Assembly (NCBI RefSeq): GCF_018350175.1
Contig: NC_058369.1
Coordinates: 24,740,001 to 24,804,000 of the forward strand
DNA length: 64,000 nucleotides
Direction: 5' to 3'
Source: Felis catus
Taxonomy: Eukaryota
Below the pieces are notes generated by a model, which searched no databases, had not been told where the DNA came from, and worked only from the letters and a program-made list of their open reading frames with translations. Positions 13,165 through 26,805 of this stretch are shown piece by piece. Numbering within the stretch: position 1 is the stretch's first letter; every line of letters starts with the position of its first letter. Position numbers and translations under genes: made by a program.

Positions 13165-14600
13165 AAAAGTTCAATTTGAATCTTTTTTATATCTTCTGTA
13201 TTTATACTTAGCTTTTTAGATATATACAATACAGTTATAACAATCGTTTTCATGTTTTCTCTCTACTAATTCTAACACCTATGTGGGTTCCTAGTCAGTT
13301 TCAATTAACTGATTACTATTCTTATTATGGACCATGTTTTCCTACTTCTTGTATGTGGTAATCTTTTTTTTTTTTTTTTTAGTATGTATGTATGTATTTA
13401 TGTACGTATGTATGTATGTATTTTTTTTCTTCTTTTTTTAAAAAAAAATTTTTTTTAATGTTTATTTATTTTTGAGACAGGGAGAGACAGAGCATGAATG
13501 GGGGAGGGTCAGAGAGAGGGAGACACAGAATCTGAAACAGGCTCCAGGCTCTGAGCTGTCAGCCCAGAGCCCAACTCGGGGCTCAAACTCACAGACCGCG
13601 AGATCATGACCTGAGCCGAAGTCGGATGCTTAACTGACTGAGCCACCCAGGCGCCCCAGTATGTATGTATTTTGAGAGAGAAAGAGAGAGAATTCTAAGC
13701 AGGCTCTGCATGGTCAGCATGGAGCCCAATGCAGGGCTCAATCTCACGAACTGTGAGATCATGATCTGAGCCATGATGAAGAGTCAGAAGCTTAACTGAC
13801 TGACCCATCCAAGTGCCCCATGTGGTAATTTTTGATTGGACTCCAGACATTGTAAATGTTACCTTGCTGAGTACTGAATATTTTTATAATCTGATAAATC
13901 TTCTTGACCTTTGTTCCAGGAGGCAGTCGATTAACTTGGGAATAGTTTGATCCTTTCTAGTTTTTATGATTTGTTAGGCAGGTCCAGAGTGGTGCTAGGA
14001 ATAATTATTCCTCAATACTGAAAAACAAAACAAAACAAACCTTCCTGATTGATCTACCCAATGCCACGAGTTATTGGTTTTTCCAGTCTGGCTGGTGGGA
14101 ATGGTTACTACTCCTGGCTCTACATGAGTGGCAGGCACTATACTTTCTAATCCTTTTGAATGTTTTTTTCCCTGGCCTCATACACATGCTGGTTAGTACT
14201 CTGCTGAATACAGGGAGGGGATCTCTACAAATCTACAGTCTCTCCCTCTCTGTTTGCTTTCTCCTCTCTGGTGTTCTATTCTATGAACTCAGCTGTCCTG
14301 ATCTCCCCAGACTCTTAAGTCTGTCTCTTTGATCAGGGAGACTGCTGGAGCCCACCTGTTTTCCCCTCTCTGTACTGCAGTCTAGAAAGTCTCTCAAGGC
14401 AGTAAGTTGGGGCAATCAATCACAGGGCTCAACTCAATTGTTTTCTGTTTCACAGAGATCTCTGTCCTTTGAGGCCTGTTATCCAGTGTGTTTGAAAATC
14501 ACATGCGTGTGTGTGTGTATGTGTGTGTGTGTGTGTTATTTCAGGAAGGAGGGTAAATCTAGGCCTGTTACTCCGTACTGATCAGAAGAGGAAATCTTGC
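13165..14600 (-). mobile_element. Old L1-type fragment (5' region) with nested SINEs
   Basis: T-rich sequence resembling antisense ancient L1 5'/ORF1 regions; recognised by eye only. Confidence 0.5.
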
Positions 14601-16149
14601 AATGAAATCTTAACAGATCACCTTGTCTCAAACTTTTGTAATCTGTTCTCAATTCACCAGAGTCTTATTTTTTCCTAAAATATCAATCTCTTATTATTGC
14701 CTGCTTAAAGATCTTTTATGGCACTCTCATTTTTAGAATAAAATTTGAGCTGCTTAGTGTGGCATATTTCATGACTTCATGATGAGGCCCCTTCCCATCC
14801 CTCCACCTTCATTCCTCACCATTCCCCACATGTGCTGTTGGCTCCAGCCATTTCAAGACATTTATAGTTGTCCTCCCCATCCCACCCACCAACACTTACC
14901 AGCACCTACTTCTCTTTGAACACACTGTTTCTTCTGCCTGGAATATTCTTTCTCCTCTTCCATCTGGCCAACTCTTCTTTAACCTAGACTACCCTATAAA
15001 CTTTCCCTAGACCTTCCCATCTCCACCAGGTAGAATCACTCCCCTGCCTTTTCATATCACTATGAACTAAATCTTGTATGTGCCCCCTTTACTGCATTTA
15101 TCACATGGCATTGTATATATTTGCTTATTTGTCTGTTCCCAGTAATATCTAGTACCTCCCATGAGGATAAAGAATGTATTTCCTTCATTAGGTGGCTAGT
15201 GTTAAATTCATCCAACCATGGGGCACCTAGGTGACTCATTCAGTTAAGGGTCCAGCTTTGGCTCAGGTCATAATCTCATGGTTTGTGGGATCGAGTTTCA
15301 TGTCAGGCTCTGTGCTGACAATATGGAGCCTGCTTGGGATTCTCTCTCTCCCTCTTTCTTTGCCCCTCTCCCCTCCTCAAAATAAATAAATAAAACTTAA
15401 AAAAAAATTCATCCAACCAATAAGCATTTCCTGAGCTTTTCACCATATGCCAGGCACTGTTCTATGTCCTACAGATACAACATTGAGCAAGACAGAGTCT
15501 TTGCTCTTATGGAGTTTACATAGGGGTGAAAGAGGTAGCCAATAAACATACAAAGCATAGCACATTTAGAAAACAGAAAAAGAGAACCCAGTTAGAAGGC
15601 TGCTCCAGCCATCCAGAGAACAGAGATGATTTTAACTTGGAATAGAGTCAGGGAAGGGAGGAGAAAGGAGCGAGAACTTGATCCACTTGAGACACATTTC
15701 TGAGATAGTCAGTAGAGTTTGTAGATGGATTTCTTGTGGGTGAGAAGGGAAAGGGAGAAATTAAGAATGACTTTTATGTGGTAAGTGCCTAATAAATTTG
15801 TGTATAAATAAGTTCCTTGATAATTGAAAACTAGTTTTAAAAGATGAACCTGGGTGTGCTTGGGTGGCTCAGTTGGTTGCGCGACCAACTTCGGCTCAGG
15901 TCATGATCTCACAGTTTGTGAGTTCGAGCCCCATGTCGGGCTCTGTGCTGACAGCTCAGAGCCTGGAGCCTATTTGAGATTCTGTGTCTCCCCCTCTCTC
16001 TACTCACCCCCACTGCTCACGCTCTGTGTCTCTCTGTCTCTCAATAATAAATAAACGTTAAAAAAAACTTAAAAAAAAATGATGAACCTGTAGAACTGAC
16101 TCAGAATCCAAGTGGCCAATTTCACTGGGAAAACTTGCCTTGTACTGGC

Positions 16150-16485
16150 TAGTTACCAGGGAATAGTAAGTAACATTGAACAAAATGGATGAAGGTGGTC
16201 AAAAAGTATAGACTTCTAGGTGTAAGATAGATAAGTCTTGGGATGTAACATACAGCATGGTGATTATAGTTAATAGTACTATATTGTATATTTGAAAGAT
16301 GCTAAGAGAGTACATCTTAAAAATTCTCATCACAAGAAAAAATTATAACTATGTGTGGTTATAAGTTAACTACACTTATTGTGATTATTTTGCAATATAT
16401 ACACACATAAAAAATCATTACGTTGTACACTTGCAACTAGTATTGTGCTGTACATCAATTATACCTTAATGATAATTTAAAAAAA
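16150..16485 (+). mobile_element. L1MA-type 3' end
   Basis: tacagcatggtgattatagttaata...tattgtatatttgaaa...gctaagagagta...ttctcatcacaag motifs. Confidence 0.8.
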
Positions 16486-18990
16486 TTGACATTGAGGTTA
16501 GACTTCAGAGTTACTTTGCACTTACTTACTGTCTGAACTTACTCAAGTTAAATAACCTTTCTAGGCCTCAGTTTTATTATCTGTATTATGGAAATAATAT
16601 TAATGTCTGTAGTTGAAGATTTTGTTTAAAGAATAAATTGAGAAAACCAATAAATTGAGACAAATGCTTTTAAAGTTCTTAGTACTATGCCTAATATATA
16701 GTAGGTATTCAATAAAAGGGAGTTTATTTCAATGTATCGTTAGTGAAACAACTAATAAATTAGTTATTTTGTTGTTCTGTGTTCAAGAAGAATATCGTGA
16801 TTAAAATTTTTGTAAACATTCAGTGATTCTCGGTAGAAATAAAATTAGGTAATTCTTTTTTTCCTTTTTTTTTTAATGTTTATTTTTGAAAGAGAGAGAG
16901 AGAGCAGGGGACGGGCAGAGAGAGACACACACAGAATCTGAAGGAGGCTCCAGGCTCCAAGTCATCAGCACAAATTTCCATTTGGGGCTGGAACCCATGA
17001 ACCGTGTGACCATGACCTGAGCCAAAGTGAAGTGCTTAACCAGTTGAGCTGCCCAGGTACCCCAGAGTTAATTAATTCTTGCTGTGATGTATTTTGTGTT
17101 CTGGAAAAATTAATGAAGTCTTCAAAAATATATACAAAATAGGGGCACCTGGGTGATTCAGTCGGTTAAGTGTCTGACTTTGGGTCAGGTCATGATCTGG
17201 TGGTTCATGAGTTGGAGTCCTGTGTCGGGCTCTGTGCTGACAGCTCAGAGCCTGGAGGGAGCCTGCTTCGCATTCTGTGTCTCCTTCTCTCTCTGCCCCT
17301 CCCCCACTTGTGTTCTGTCTCTCAAAAATAAATAAAACACACACACACACACAATTTTAATGTCCCCCTTTAAAATATATACACAAAATAAAATACAAAA
17401 TTAAACTACTACAAAAATCTCTCCAACAGAATGAAAAATCTACAATGACTTAATACTTTCAAGTACCTTTTTAAAGTGTCCCATTTCCAAATATTTCTAA
17501 TACTGAGAGGAAAGCCGGTTGGTACATCTCCTAGCTGAGGCAGGCAGTTCTCAGTAGTCCTGAGCCTTTCTTGGGAAAGGGTGGGTGGACCCTGAAGAGA
17601 AGAAGCCTGTGTCCCCAGCAGGGAAGGAGTAAACAAGGTCTGTTGCTAATTTCTTTAGAAATTAGGAGTAAATGAGATGAACACTGGTGAGCAAAATGAG
17701 AGACAAGTGGGGTTTCAGAATGGGAGAGAGAATGAGGAGGGAAGAAAACTATCAGGGCCAAATGAAGGGCAGCATATTGGAGACATCTCTCGAAAGGCTG
17801 GGGAGGAAAGACATCAGGAGTTGGTGTTTTTACACATTCTGTAGAAGGGAAGAGAGAGAGAATATATGTAAGGGGATAACAGTGAGAGTGAAGACTGGCA
17901 ATCCTCAAGAGCTGTCATCTGTGGTAATACTGTGAGCATATTATCACATAACTCTAAAGGCTAAAATGTATTATTGTCTCCATTTTACAGAGAAAGAAAC
18001 TGAGACCAACTAACTGGGGCCAATTAACTTCCTCCTTATCGTGCAGGTGGTTAGCAGCAACGCAGAGATTCGAATCCGGTTCTGTTTAACCAGAGCCTAT
18101 TCTTTCCTGCATCTTCCGGTACTGCCCCTGTAGTTCTTACTAATGGGTGGAAAGCTGTAGATTCAATAGAATCTGGGAAACCAAGGTGGGGTGGGGGGTG
18201 GGGGGCGACTGTGGGGGAGGGGGACTGTGAGGGAGGGTGGAGCAGAGGGAGGCAAAGAAAACGTACTGGCAAAATCTCCTATCTGCAGTTCTTAAATAAA
18301 AATCGATTTAATTTAACTCTCTTTGTGTTTTTTTTTTTTTTTTTTTTTTTGAGTCTTGCAAAAAATGTAATCTTATACAATGGTAACGGTACATGAAGAT
18401 TCTTAACTAATTTTATGTAAGGGGGTTTATTTGCCAAAGTCAAACTTGAAGTGCTGACCAGTTCAGATAATCACTCAAATCTTGTGAGAATGAGAGTTGC
18501 TCAGTGTCTCTTTGGAGGCGATGATTCCTATTTCTGAGTAAGAATTAGCTTTCACTTTATTAATGAAGTATTTTTTAATGAGTTGAATATAATTAGAAAA
18601 TGCGTCTCTAAATCTCCAGGGAGTCATGACTTTCTACAATTTTATATTTTCTATGTTAACCATTTGAAACCACAAGTTTTCAGCTAAAGTTAAGTTTCAT
18701 CTATGAACGAAAACGTGTCATCACTACATAGGAAACTGGACCCACACTGCCATCTGCTGTGTCAAGATTAGGTGAAAAATCACCCACATAAACTGGACTT
18801 GAAGAATGCAAAATATACATATGGAGAGCCTATATTGTGGAAAATGAGTACAAGGGAAAATAAATGCTTGCAATTATATGTTTCAAATTGTATTGGAAGT
18901 GTGGAGAGGAATTGTGTGTGTGTGTTGAATTGGACATGAAAAAAACAATAGAGAATAGTATGACAAAACTTAAGTCCCCACCACCTATAT

Positions 18991-19034
<44 letters not shown>

Positions 19035-20140
19035 ATGCCTGTTTGTCTCCCTGGTCCCATTCTCCACCACTCCTACACCCATGCCAAATAAATCACTCTT
19101 TAATGTCATGCTTATCACTGGAAAGTTTTTAATAAGCAAATGCATACATCTTATAGGTAAATATGCTCACCTTTTTACTTTTGTGTGCTTTATCTAGGTT
19201 TTCCAGTGAAGAAGTCTCTATGGTAGTAACATTTCATCCTGGGAAGCTAGCTAGCAGAAAGAGCTCTGTTCCGATACACCTGTCCCGAAGAGTATTTCTC
19301 CCCAATTTAAGACTCACAGCTGCCCAAGTAACTTCTCCCTGGTTGTCACTAACACTCCAATCACGGTGCCTCCCTTTCTGCGGTATGTCTAAAATGCTAT
19401 TTGTCCCATTACAGGTTCATGTGGGAAGATGGGCATTCTAGGTAGGGGAGAGCTAAAGAAACGACATAGAAATGAGAGAGAATACAAAGGATATGTGGAG
19501 AAGAATAAATAGATTGTCACAGCTGGAGCTGTGGGAAGGGGAGGAAGGGGAAATACAGAGGACATGTCCTACCACTGGCACACTGAGTACTGAGGGCAGA
19601 GAAACCCATTGTGTCATTCACAGAATGAAGGGAAACATGAACAACAAGAGTCAAATGGGGGAAAGAATGGCACAATTAGCATGACCTCTGCTGCATTTGA
19701 ATTGATTCTGAATAGCCTGAGAACTGTGGCAGCCAGCAATTGGGGACTTTGTAGCTAAGGAGAGAAGTAGAGTCTGGCAATTTCAGAGCCACCTGTACAG
19801 AGGTAAGATCATAAATGTGAGTGGGGGATGAGCAGTCAGAAGAAGGGCTTAGGAGGAGAGTTGTAGAAAATACAACGGGAGGAGTCAGTACTGAGATGCC
19901 ACAGTACCCCACTCTGCGAATGATAAACATACCCCATCCCAATTGTCCCAGCACTGACTCCTCTGTTGCTGGCTATAACCAAATCCTTTCTTTGGGTTTT
20001 ATCTCACATGTGTCCTTTTCTTCTAATGCACCTGAATAGAGGCAATCCCAGGAGGAAAGACATGGAGCCTGAGATGTTGCACTACCTACAAGCCTTTCCC
20101 CACCTCCTTCAATAATTTAATGTAAGAATAAACTGGCTTA

Positions 20141-20321
20141 AGGTCACGATCTCGCGGTCCGTGAGTTCGAGCCCCGCGTCGGGCTCTGGGCTGATGGCTC
20201 AGAGCCTGGAGCCTGTTTCGGATTCTGTGTCTCCCTCTCTCTCTGCCCGTCCCCCATTCATGCTCTGTCTCTCTCTGTCCCAAAAATAAATAAACGTTGA
20301 AAAAAAAATTAAAAAAAAAAA
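20141..20321 (+). mobile_element. 5'-truncated young CanSINE with 17-bp TSD
   Basis: Starts at aggtcacgatctcgcgg; AAGAATAAACTGGCTTA at 20124-20140 and 20322-20338. Confidence 0.9.
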
Positions 20322-20845
20322 AAAGAATAAACTGGCTTAGATGAATATCAGGCCAACCAGAAGGAAAAGAGAAGCCACCACTAGAGAGGAGCCTGCAGAG
20401 TCTAGGTTATAGGGAGAAGAAAGCCATCTCTCGCCCTCTTTTTTCTTTTAAGAGTTTATTTTGAGGTAATCTCCATACCCAACATGGGGATCAAACTCAC
20501 AACCCTGAGATAAAGAGTCACATGATCTGCTGACTGTATCCCCAGGCGCCCTGAAAGCCACCTCTTTAGATGCTATTGCTAAAGAGGGATCTTAGGCATA
20601 TTTGTGGCAGGCCACGTCTTACTGAATCAGGTGGTGGTTTATGTTTTTATGTTTGCATGTGTGTAGTGAAACATGTGTAGGAGGGAGCAAATAAGGAAAG
20701 CTAGGAACCCTAAGCATTCATAGATCCAAAGCAAATTCTACAATTTGTTTATCACAACAGTGATCGGCTCTCAGTCGGATTTGGGGGCCTCAACTCTTTT
20801 TGGTTGTTATACTAGGAAGAAGGTGTGCTTTACAGAATAAGCATA

Positions 20846-21361
20846 TGTACTAGTTTTATTACCACTTTAACAAATTACCACACACCAAGTGGCTTAAAAC
20901 AGCACAGACTTACTAACTGTAAGGTCAGAAGTCTGATATAGGCCTCACTGGGCTAAAATCAAGATGCTGTCTGGAGGCTGTAGGGAGGAATCCATTTCCT
21001 TGCCTTTTCCAGCTTCTAGAGGGTACCTGCATTCCTTGGCTCATGGTTTCCTTCCTCCATCCTCAAAGCCAACAACATAGCATCTCTTTGACCCTGTTTC
21101 CATTGTCACATCTCTTTCTCTGACCCTCTTCTGCCTCCCTTTTCCATGTTTAAGGACCTTTGTGATAACTTTAGATCCACTCAGATTATCTAGGATAATC
21201 TCCCTATTTTAAGGTGAGCTGAGTAGCAAACTGAATTCTATCTGCAACCTTAATTCCCCTGTGTCATATTAGGTTTTTTATTCAGTTTCTGGGGACATTC
21301 TAGGAATGTCAGGGACCTTTTTGGCGTGAGGAATGAGGGACGCATCATTCTGGCTACCACA
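20846..21361 (-). mobile_element. MaLR (MLT1C/D-like) solo LTR
   Basis: taacaaattaccacac...gtggcttaaaaca...gggctaaaatcaag...ccttgccttttccagcttctagag...ctaccaca. Confidence 0.8.
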
Positions 21362-21531
21362 ATGTACTTTCATGTATGTGACCTGTCATAAATACGATTA
21401 CTTGATGGCACAGTTCATTTCCACAAAGGTTTCACCTTTTACTTCTGTGTGCTTTATTAAGATTGACCAGTGAAGAAGTCTCTGTGCTAGCAACTCATCT
21501 TGGGGAGTTAGTAGAGAAATTGCGATTCCTT

Positions 21532-21562
<31 letters not shown>

Positions 21563-21588
21563 AAAGAGAGAATGAGCAGGGGAGAGGA

Positions 21589-21637
<49 letters not shown>

Positions 21638-24149
21638 CTCAAGCAGGCTCCACACTCAGCATGTACCCCAATGTGGGGCTTGATCCTATGACCCTAGGAT
21701 CATGACCTGAGCCAAAATCAGGAGTCAGACGCTCAACAGACTGAGCCACTCAGGTGTCCTGAGATCTCTATTCTTATACACTTGTATAAGAACAAAAGAG
21801 ATTTTTCCCCAAATTTACAACTCAGAGCTGCCTAGCTAACCTCTCTTTGGTTGCTGCTACATCTTATACCTACTCTAGTGTACCCCTTTCTTTGGTATGT
21901 CTAAGAAAATATATAAATTATGAGCCTCTGTTACCCTATTATGGATTCATGGGTAGCACTTTCCCATTTTACAGGATGTCTTTTCTAGCAGGAAGTCATT
22001 GGTTTGTGGCCATTTTAATTTATCTTGAAGAAAGGAGCATGTCTATGGTCTCACACAGAACACTCTATTGGAATGCAGGGATGGTCACACAGGGTAACAA
22101 ATGCTATTTGGGGACGAGTGGAGAATGCACCCTGGAGAAGTGGGAAGAGGAGAGAAGGCAGTAAGGGGAGCCTCCCAGGAGGATGTGACATCTCAGAGAA
22201 GACCTACAGGACAAGTTACTCAGTGAAGTTACTCAGTGAAGTGCCATGAGGAAACGCACTCCAGCAAGAAGAAATAGTTCTAGGAGGGCAGGGATTTTGT
22301 CAATTTGGGTTACTCCTTTATCCTTTATGCTAAAACAATTCTTGGGATACAATAGGCACCCAATAAAACTGTGGTGCAAAGGATTATGTAAAATAGGAGG
22401 CAGGAAAAGTGGCTACATTAGAGGAAGTGGAACATTAGTGTAGGGAGGCTCGGGGCTCAAGGGGCAGTGGTGAGAGGGAAACTTAGAAAGATCAAGATGG
22501 GGCTGATAAACACGCTACGTCCTTCGGACTTTGTAGCAAGGGCAACAGAGTTTTCAAATTATTGCCAGATTTTAAGCAGCACAGTGACTTAGACTCCCAT
22601 TAAAAAAATTTTTTTTCATGTTTATTCTTGAGAGAGAGAAACAGAGACAGAGTGTGAGTGGGGGAGGGTCAGAGACAGAGGGAGACAGAATCTGAAGCAG
22701 ACTCCAGGCTCTGAGCTCTCAGCACAGAGACTGACGTGGGGATCGAACTCACAAACTATGAGATCATGACCTGAGCCAAAGTCGGACGCCTAACTGACTG
22801 AGCCACCCAGGCGCCCCAAACAGACTCCCATTTTAGAAATCATTCTGGCCACAAAATAGAGACTGATTAGGAGGTTGTTGGAATAGTCCGGAGTCCGGGG
22901 GAGAGATTCCCCGGGGGGGGGGGGGGGGGGGGGCTCTAAATAGGGTGGACCGATGGGCATGGAGAGAGATGATGACAATTTAGAATCCACTTAGGAACTG
23001 AAAGGAACTTTAGACAGCTCATCTAATCTTTTATATGAAGAACCTGAGGTCAGAGAGGGTTGACTTATTCCTACAGTGGTTTTCTTTCTCTTCTTCCTCT
23101 GCTCTTTCAGTATTTCTTAAGATGCTTCTCAGAATTGTGCAATTAAGACCTTCACGCCTTCACACCTGAACAATTTACTTCATTTAATTTTGCTTTTGTC
23201 TAACGTATTGGTCCTTTGGTTTGTATCATCTGCTCCTGGAGACAGAGAAGACAGCTAATTAACCGGCTCTGTAGAGCAGCACTCACAAATGAATCACAAA
23301 AACTGCCTAACGGTGGTGATGTGTAGGGAGGAAAGTGAATTCCACAAATGGGGGATGCTGGAAAATCTTCCCAAATGTGTATTTCTGAAAAGCTTTGGAA
23401 CAGTTTCAAACAAAACTACAGAAATCAGTCCAGAATGCAACTTTCCAAGGTAGGATTTTAATTATTTTGTATCATATAAAAATGGTTCTGCTGAAGTCCT
23501 TCTGGAAACAAACCATGAATCCTTAGGCATTGATGGTGAAAAGGGGTTCTAGGTAGTCCTGATAGGGACAGACCTCACAACTTCACAGTTCTAAGGCCAC
23601 TGGTTTTTATCAATCCCAATGCCCCTGTACCCACTGCAGATGCTTGATATACATGATATATTGTATTTATATCACATTGTGATATAAGTTAAGACCGAAT
23701 GGTGCACTGCCACACCCTGTCTGTCAGAAATGTTTAAGTATATCTGATGGGTTGGTAGGGTAGAAGTGCCAGGAGTGAATTTAACAGAGCCTCCTAGGGG
23801 CGCCTGGGTGGCTCAGTCGGTTGAGCATCCGACTTTGGCCCAGGTCATGATCTCACAGTTCGTGAGTTCGAGCCCCGCGTCGGGCTCTGTGCTGACAGCT
23901 TGGAGCCTGGAGCATGCTTCAGATTCTGTGTCTCCCCCTCTCTCTGCCCCTCCCCTGCTCGTGCTCACACTCTGTCTCTGTCAAAAAAAAAGAAATTAAA
24001 AAAAAAAAAGAAATAGCCACAATTAAAACAAAACAAAACAAAACAAAACAAAAAACCCAGAGCCTCCTATGAGGACCCAATGGAAGAAAGATCTCAGTAG
24101 TGGGGCCTCCCCTTGCAAACTCCATAAAAACTGAGTAAATGTATTAAAA

Positions 24150-25360
24150 ATCATTAGTCAGTACAGAAATGCAGCTTGAAACCACAATGAGATACCATTT
24201 TACATCCACTAGAGTGGCTAAAATTAAAAGCTGACAATACCAGGGGAGCCTGGATGGCTTAGTCATTTAAGTGTCTGACCTTGGTTCAGGTCATGATCTT
24301 GTGGTTTGTGGGTTCAATCCCCATGTCGGGCTCTGTGCTGACAACTCAGAGCCCAGGGCCTGCTTTGGATTCTGTGTCTCCCTCTCTTTCTGCTCCTCTC
24401 CCCTCCCCTCTCTCTCTCAAAAGTAAACATTAAAAAAATTAAAGAATAAATAAATAAATAAATAAATAAATAAGTAAAGTTGATAATACCAAATGTTGGT
24501 GAAGGTATGAAAGCTACTAGAACCCTCATCCTCATACATTGGGGGTGTGTAATGGCACAACCTCTTCAGAAAACAGTCTGGTAGTTTCTAACAAAAATTA
24601 AAAAAAATTTTTTTTTTAACGTTTATTTATTTTTGAGACAGAGAGACAGAGCATGAACAGGGGAGGGGCAGAGAGAGAGGGAGACACAGAATCTGAAACA
24701 GGCTCCAGGCTCTGAGCTGTCAGCACAGAGCCCGACGCGGGGCTCGAACTCACGGACCATGAGATCATGACCTGAGCCGAAGTCAGACGCTTAACCGACC
24801 GAGCCACCCAGGCGCCCCATCTAACAAAAATTTTAAAACATCTGTCCTCAGACCCAGCAATGAGTCTCCTTCCAAGTATTTGCCCACGAGGAATGAAAAT
24901 ACATGTGTACAAACAGACTTGCACAAGAGTATATAGAGCGGCTTTTTTTTCATAATACCCCCAAACTAGAAGTGATCCAAATATTCTCAGATTGTCATAC
25001 ATTCCTACAATGTATGAACTCAGCAACAAAACAAGAACAAATTCCTATACTCACATAACATGATGAATTCACAAATGTTATGCTAAGTAAAAGAGAGCAG
25101 ACTCAAAACCCACACCTTGCGTGCTTCCATTTATGTGACATTCTAGAAAAGACTAAACTAAATCTATGGTGATAGAAATCAGAACAGTGATTGCCTACAA
25201 AAAGGGGTAGGGATTGATGGAAAGGGTACAAGAGTACTTTTGGGGGTCACAGAAATATTCTGTATCTTGATTGAAGTGGTGGTTAAATGAGTACATATAT
25301 TTACCAAAAAAGTCTCTGAATTATACCCTAAGATCTGTGCATTTTACCATATATAAATTT
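24150..25360 (+). mobile_element. Old L1 3' region with two SINE insertions
   Basis: aaaccacaatgagatacca and gtgatagaaatcagaacagtg motifs. Confidence 0.7.
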
Positions 25361-25364
25361 TTTT

Positions 25365-26805
25365 AAAAATTTAAATCCAAGTTAGTTAACATATAGTATA
25401 ATAATTTCAGGAATAGAATTTAGTGATTCATCACTTACATATAACATCCAGTGCTCATCCCAACAAGTGTCCTCCTTAATGCCTCTTGCTCATTTAGCCC
25501 TTCCCCCACCCAACACCCGGCCAGCAACCCTCCATTTGTTCTCTGTATTTAAGAGTCTCTTATGGTTTGTCTCCCTCTCTATTTTTATATTATTTTTGCT
25601 TCCCTTCCCTTATGTTCATCTGTTTTGAATCTTAAATTCCACATAGTGAAATCATATGATATTTATCTTTCTCTGACTTATTTTGCTTAGTATTTTACCC
25701 TCTAGTTCCATCCATGTTGTTGCAAATGGCAAAATTTCATTCTTTTTGATCACCGAGTAATATTCCATTGTAGATATACACCACATCTTTATCCATTCAT
25801 CAGTCGATGGACTTTTGGGCTCTTTCCATACTTTAGCCATTGTTGATAGTGCTGCTATAAACATTGGGGTGCATGTGTCCCTTCGAATCAGCGCTCCTAT
25901 ATCCTTTGGATAAAAACCTAGTAGTGCAATTGCTGGGTCATGGGGTATTCTATTTTTAAGTCTTAGAGGAGCCTCTATACTGTTTTCCAGAGTGGCTGCA
26001 CCAGTTTGTGTTCCCACCAGCAGTGCAAAAGGGTTCTTCTTTCTCTGCATCCTCGCCAACATCTGTTGTTGCCTGAGTTAATGTTAGCCATTCTGACTGG
26101 TGTGAGGTAATATCTCCTTGTGGTTTTGATTTGTTTTTCCTTGACGATGAGCTATGTTCAGCATCTTTTCATGTGTCTGTTAGCCATCTAGATGCCTTCT
26201 TTGGAATAGTGTCTATTCATGTCTTTTGCCCATTTCTTCACTGGATTATTTGTTTTTTGGGTGTTGAGTTTGATAAGTTCTTTATAGATTTTGGGTACTA
26301 ACCCTTTATTTGATATCTCATTTGCAAATATTGCCCATTCCATTGGTTGCCTTTTTCTCCTCTAGGATTTTGATGGCTTCCTGTCTTATGTTTAGGTCTT
26401 TCACTCATTTTGAGTTTATTTTTGTGTATGGTGTTAAGTGGTCCAGGTTCATTCTTCTGCATGTTGCTATCCAGTTTTACCAACACCATTTGCTGAAGAC
26501 ACTGTCATTTTTCCATTGGAAATTCTTTTCCGCTTTGTGAAAGATTAGTTGGCCATACATTTGTCAGTCCATTTCTGGGTCCTCTATTCTGTTCCATTGC
26601 TCTGTCTGTTTTTGTGCCAGTCCCATACTGTCTTGATGATTACAGCTTTGTAACACAGCTTGAAGTGTGGAATTGTGATGCCTCCAGCTTTGGTTTTCTT
26701 TTCAGAATTGTTTTGGCTATTCAGGGTCTTTTTTGGTCCCATACAAATTTTAGGATTGTTTGTTCTAGCTCTGTGAAGAACACTGGTGTTATTTTGATAT
26801 TTTAT
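25365..26805 (-). mobile_element. Carnivore L1 3' fragment (ORF2 C-terminus and 3' UTR), internally deleted
   Basis: ORFs 25652..26062 and 26584..26877 give L1 ORF2 peptides ([36 protein letters not shown]). Confidence 0.9.
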
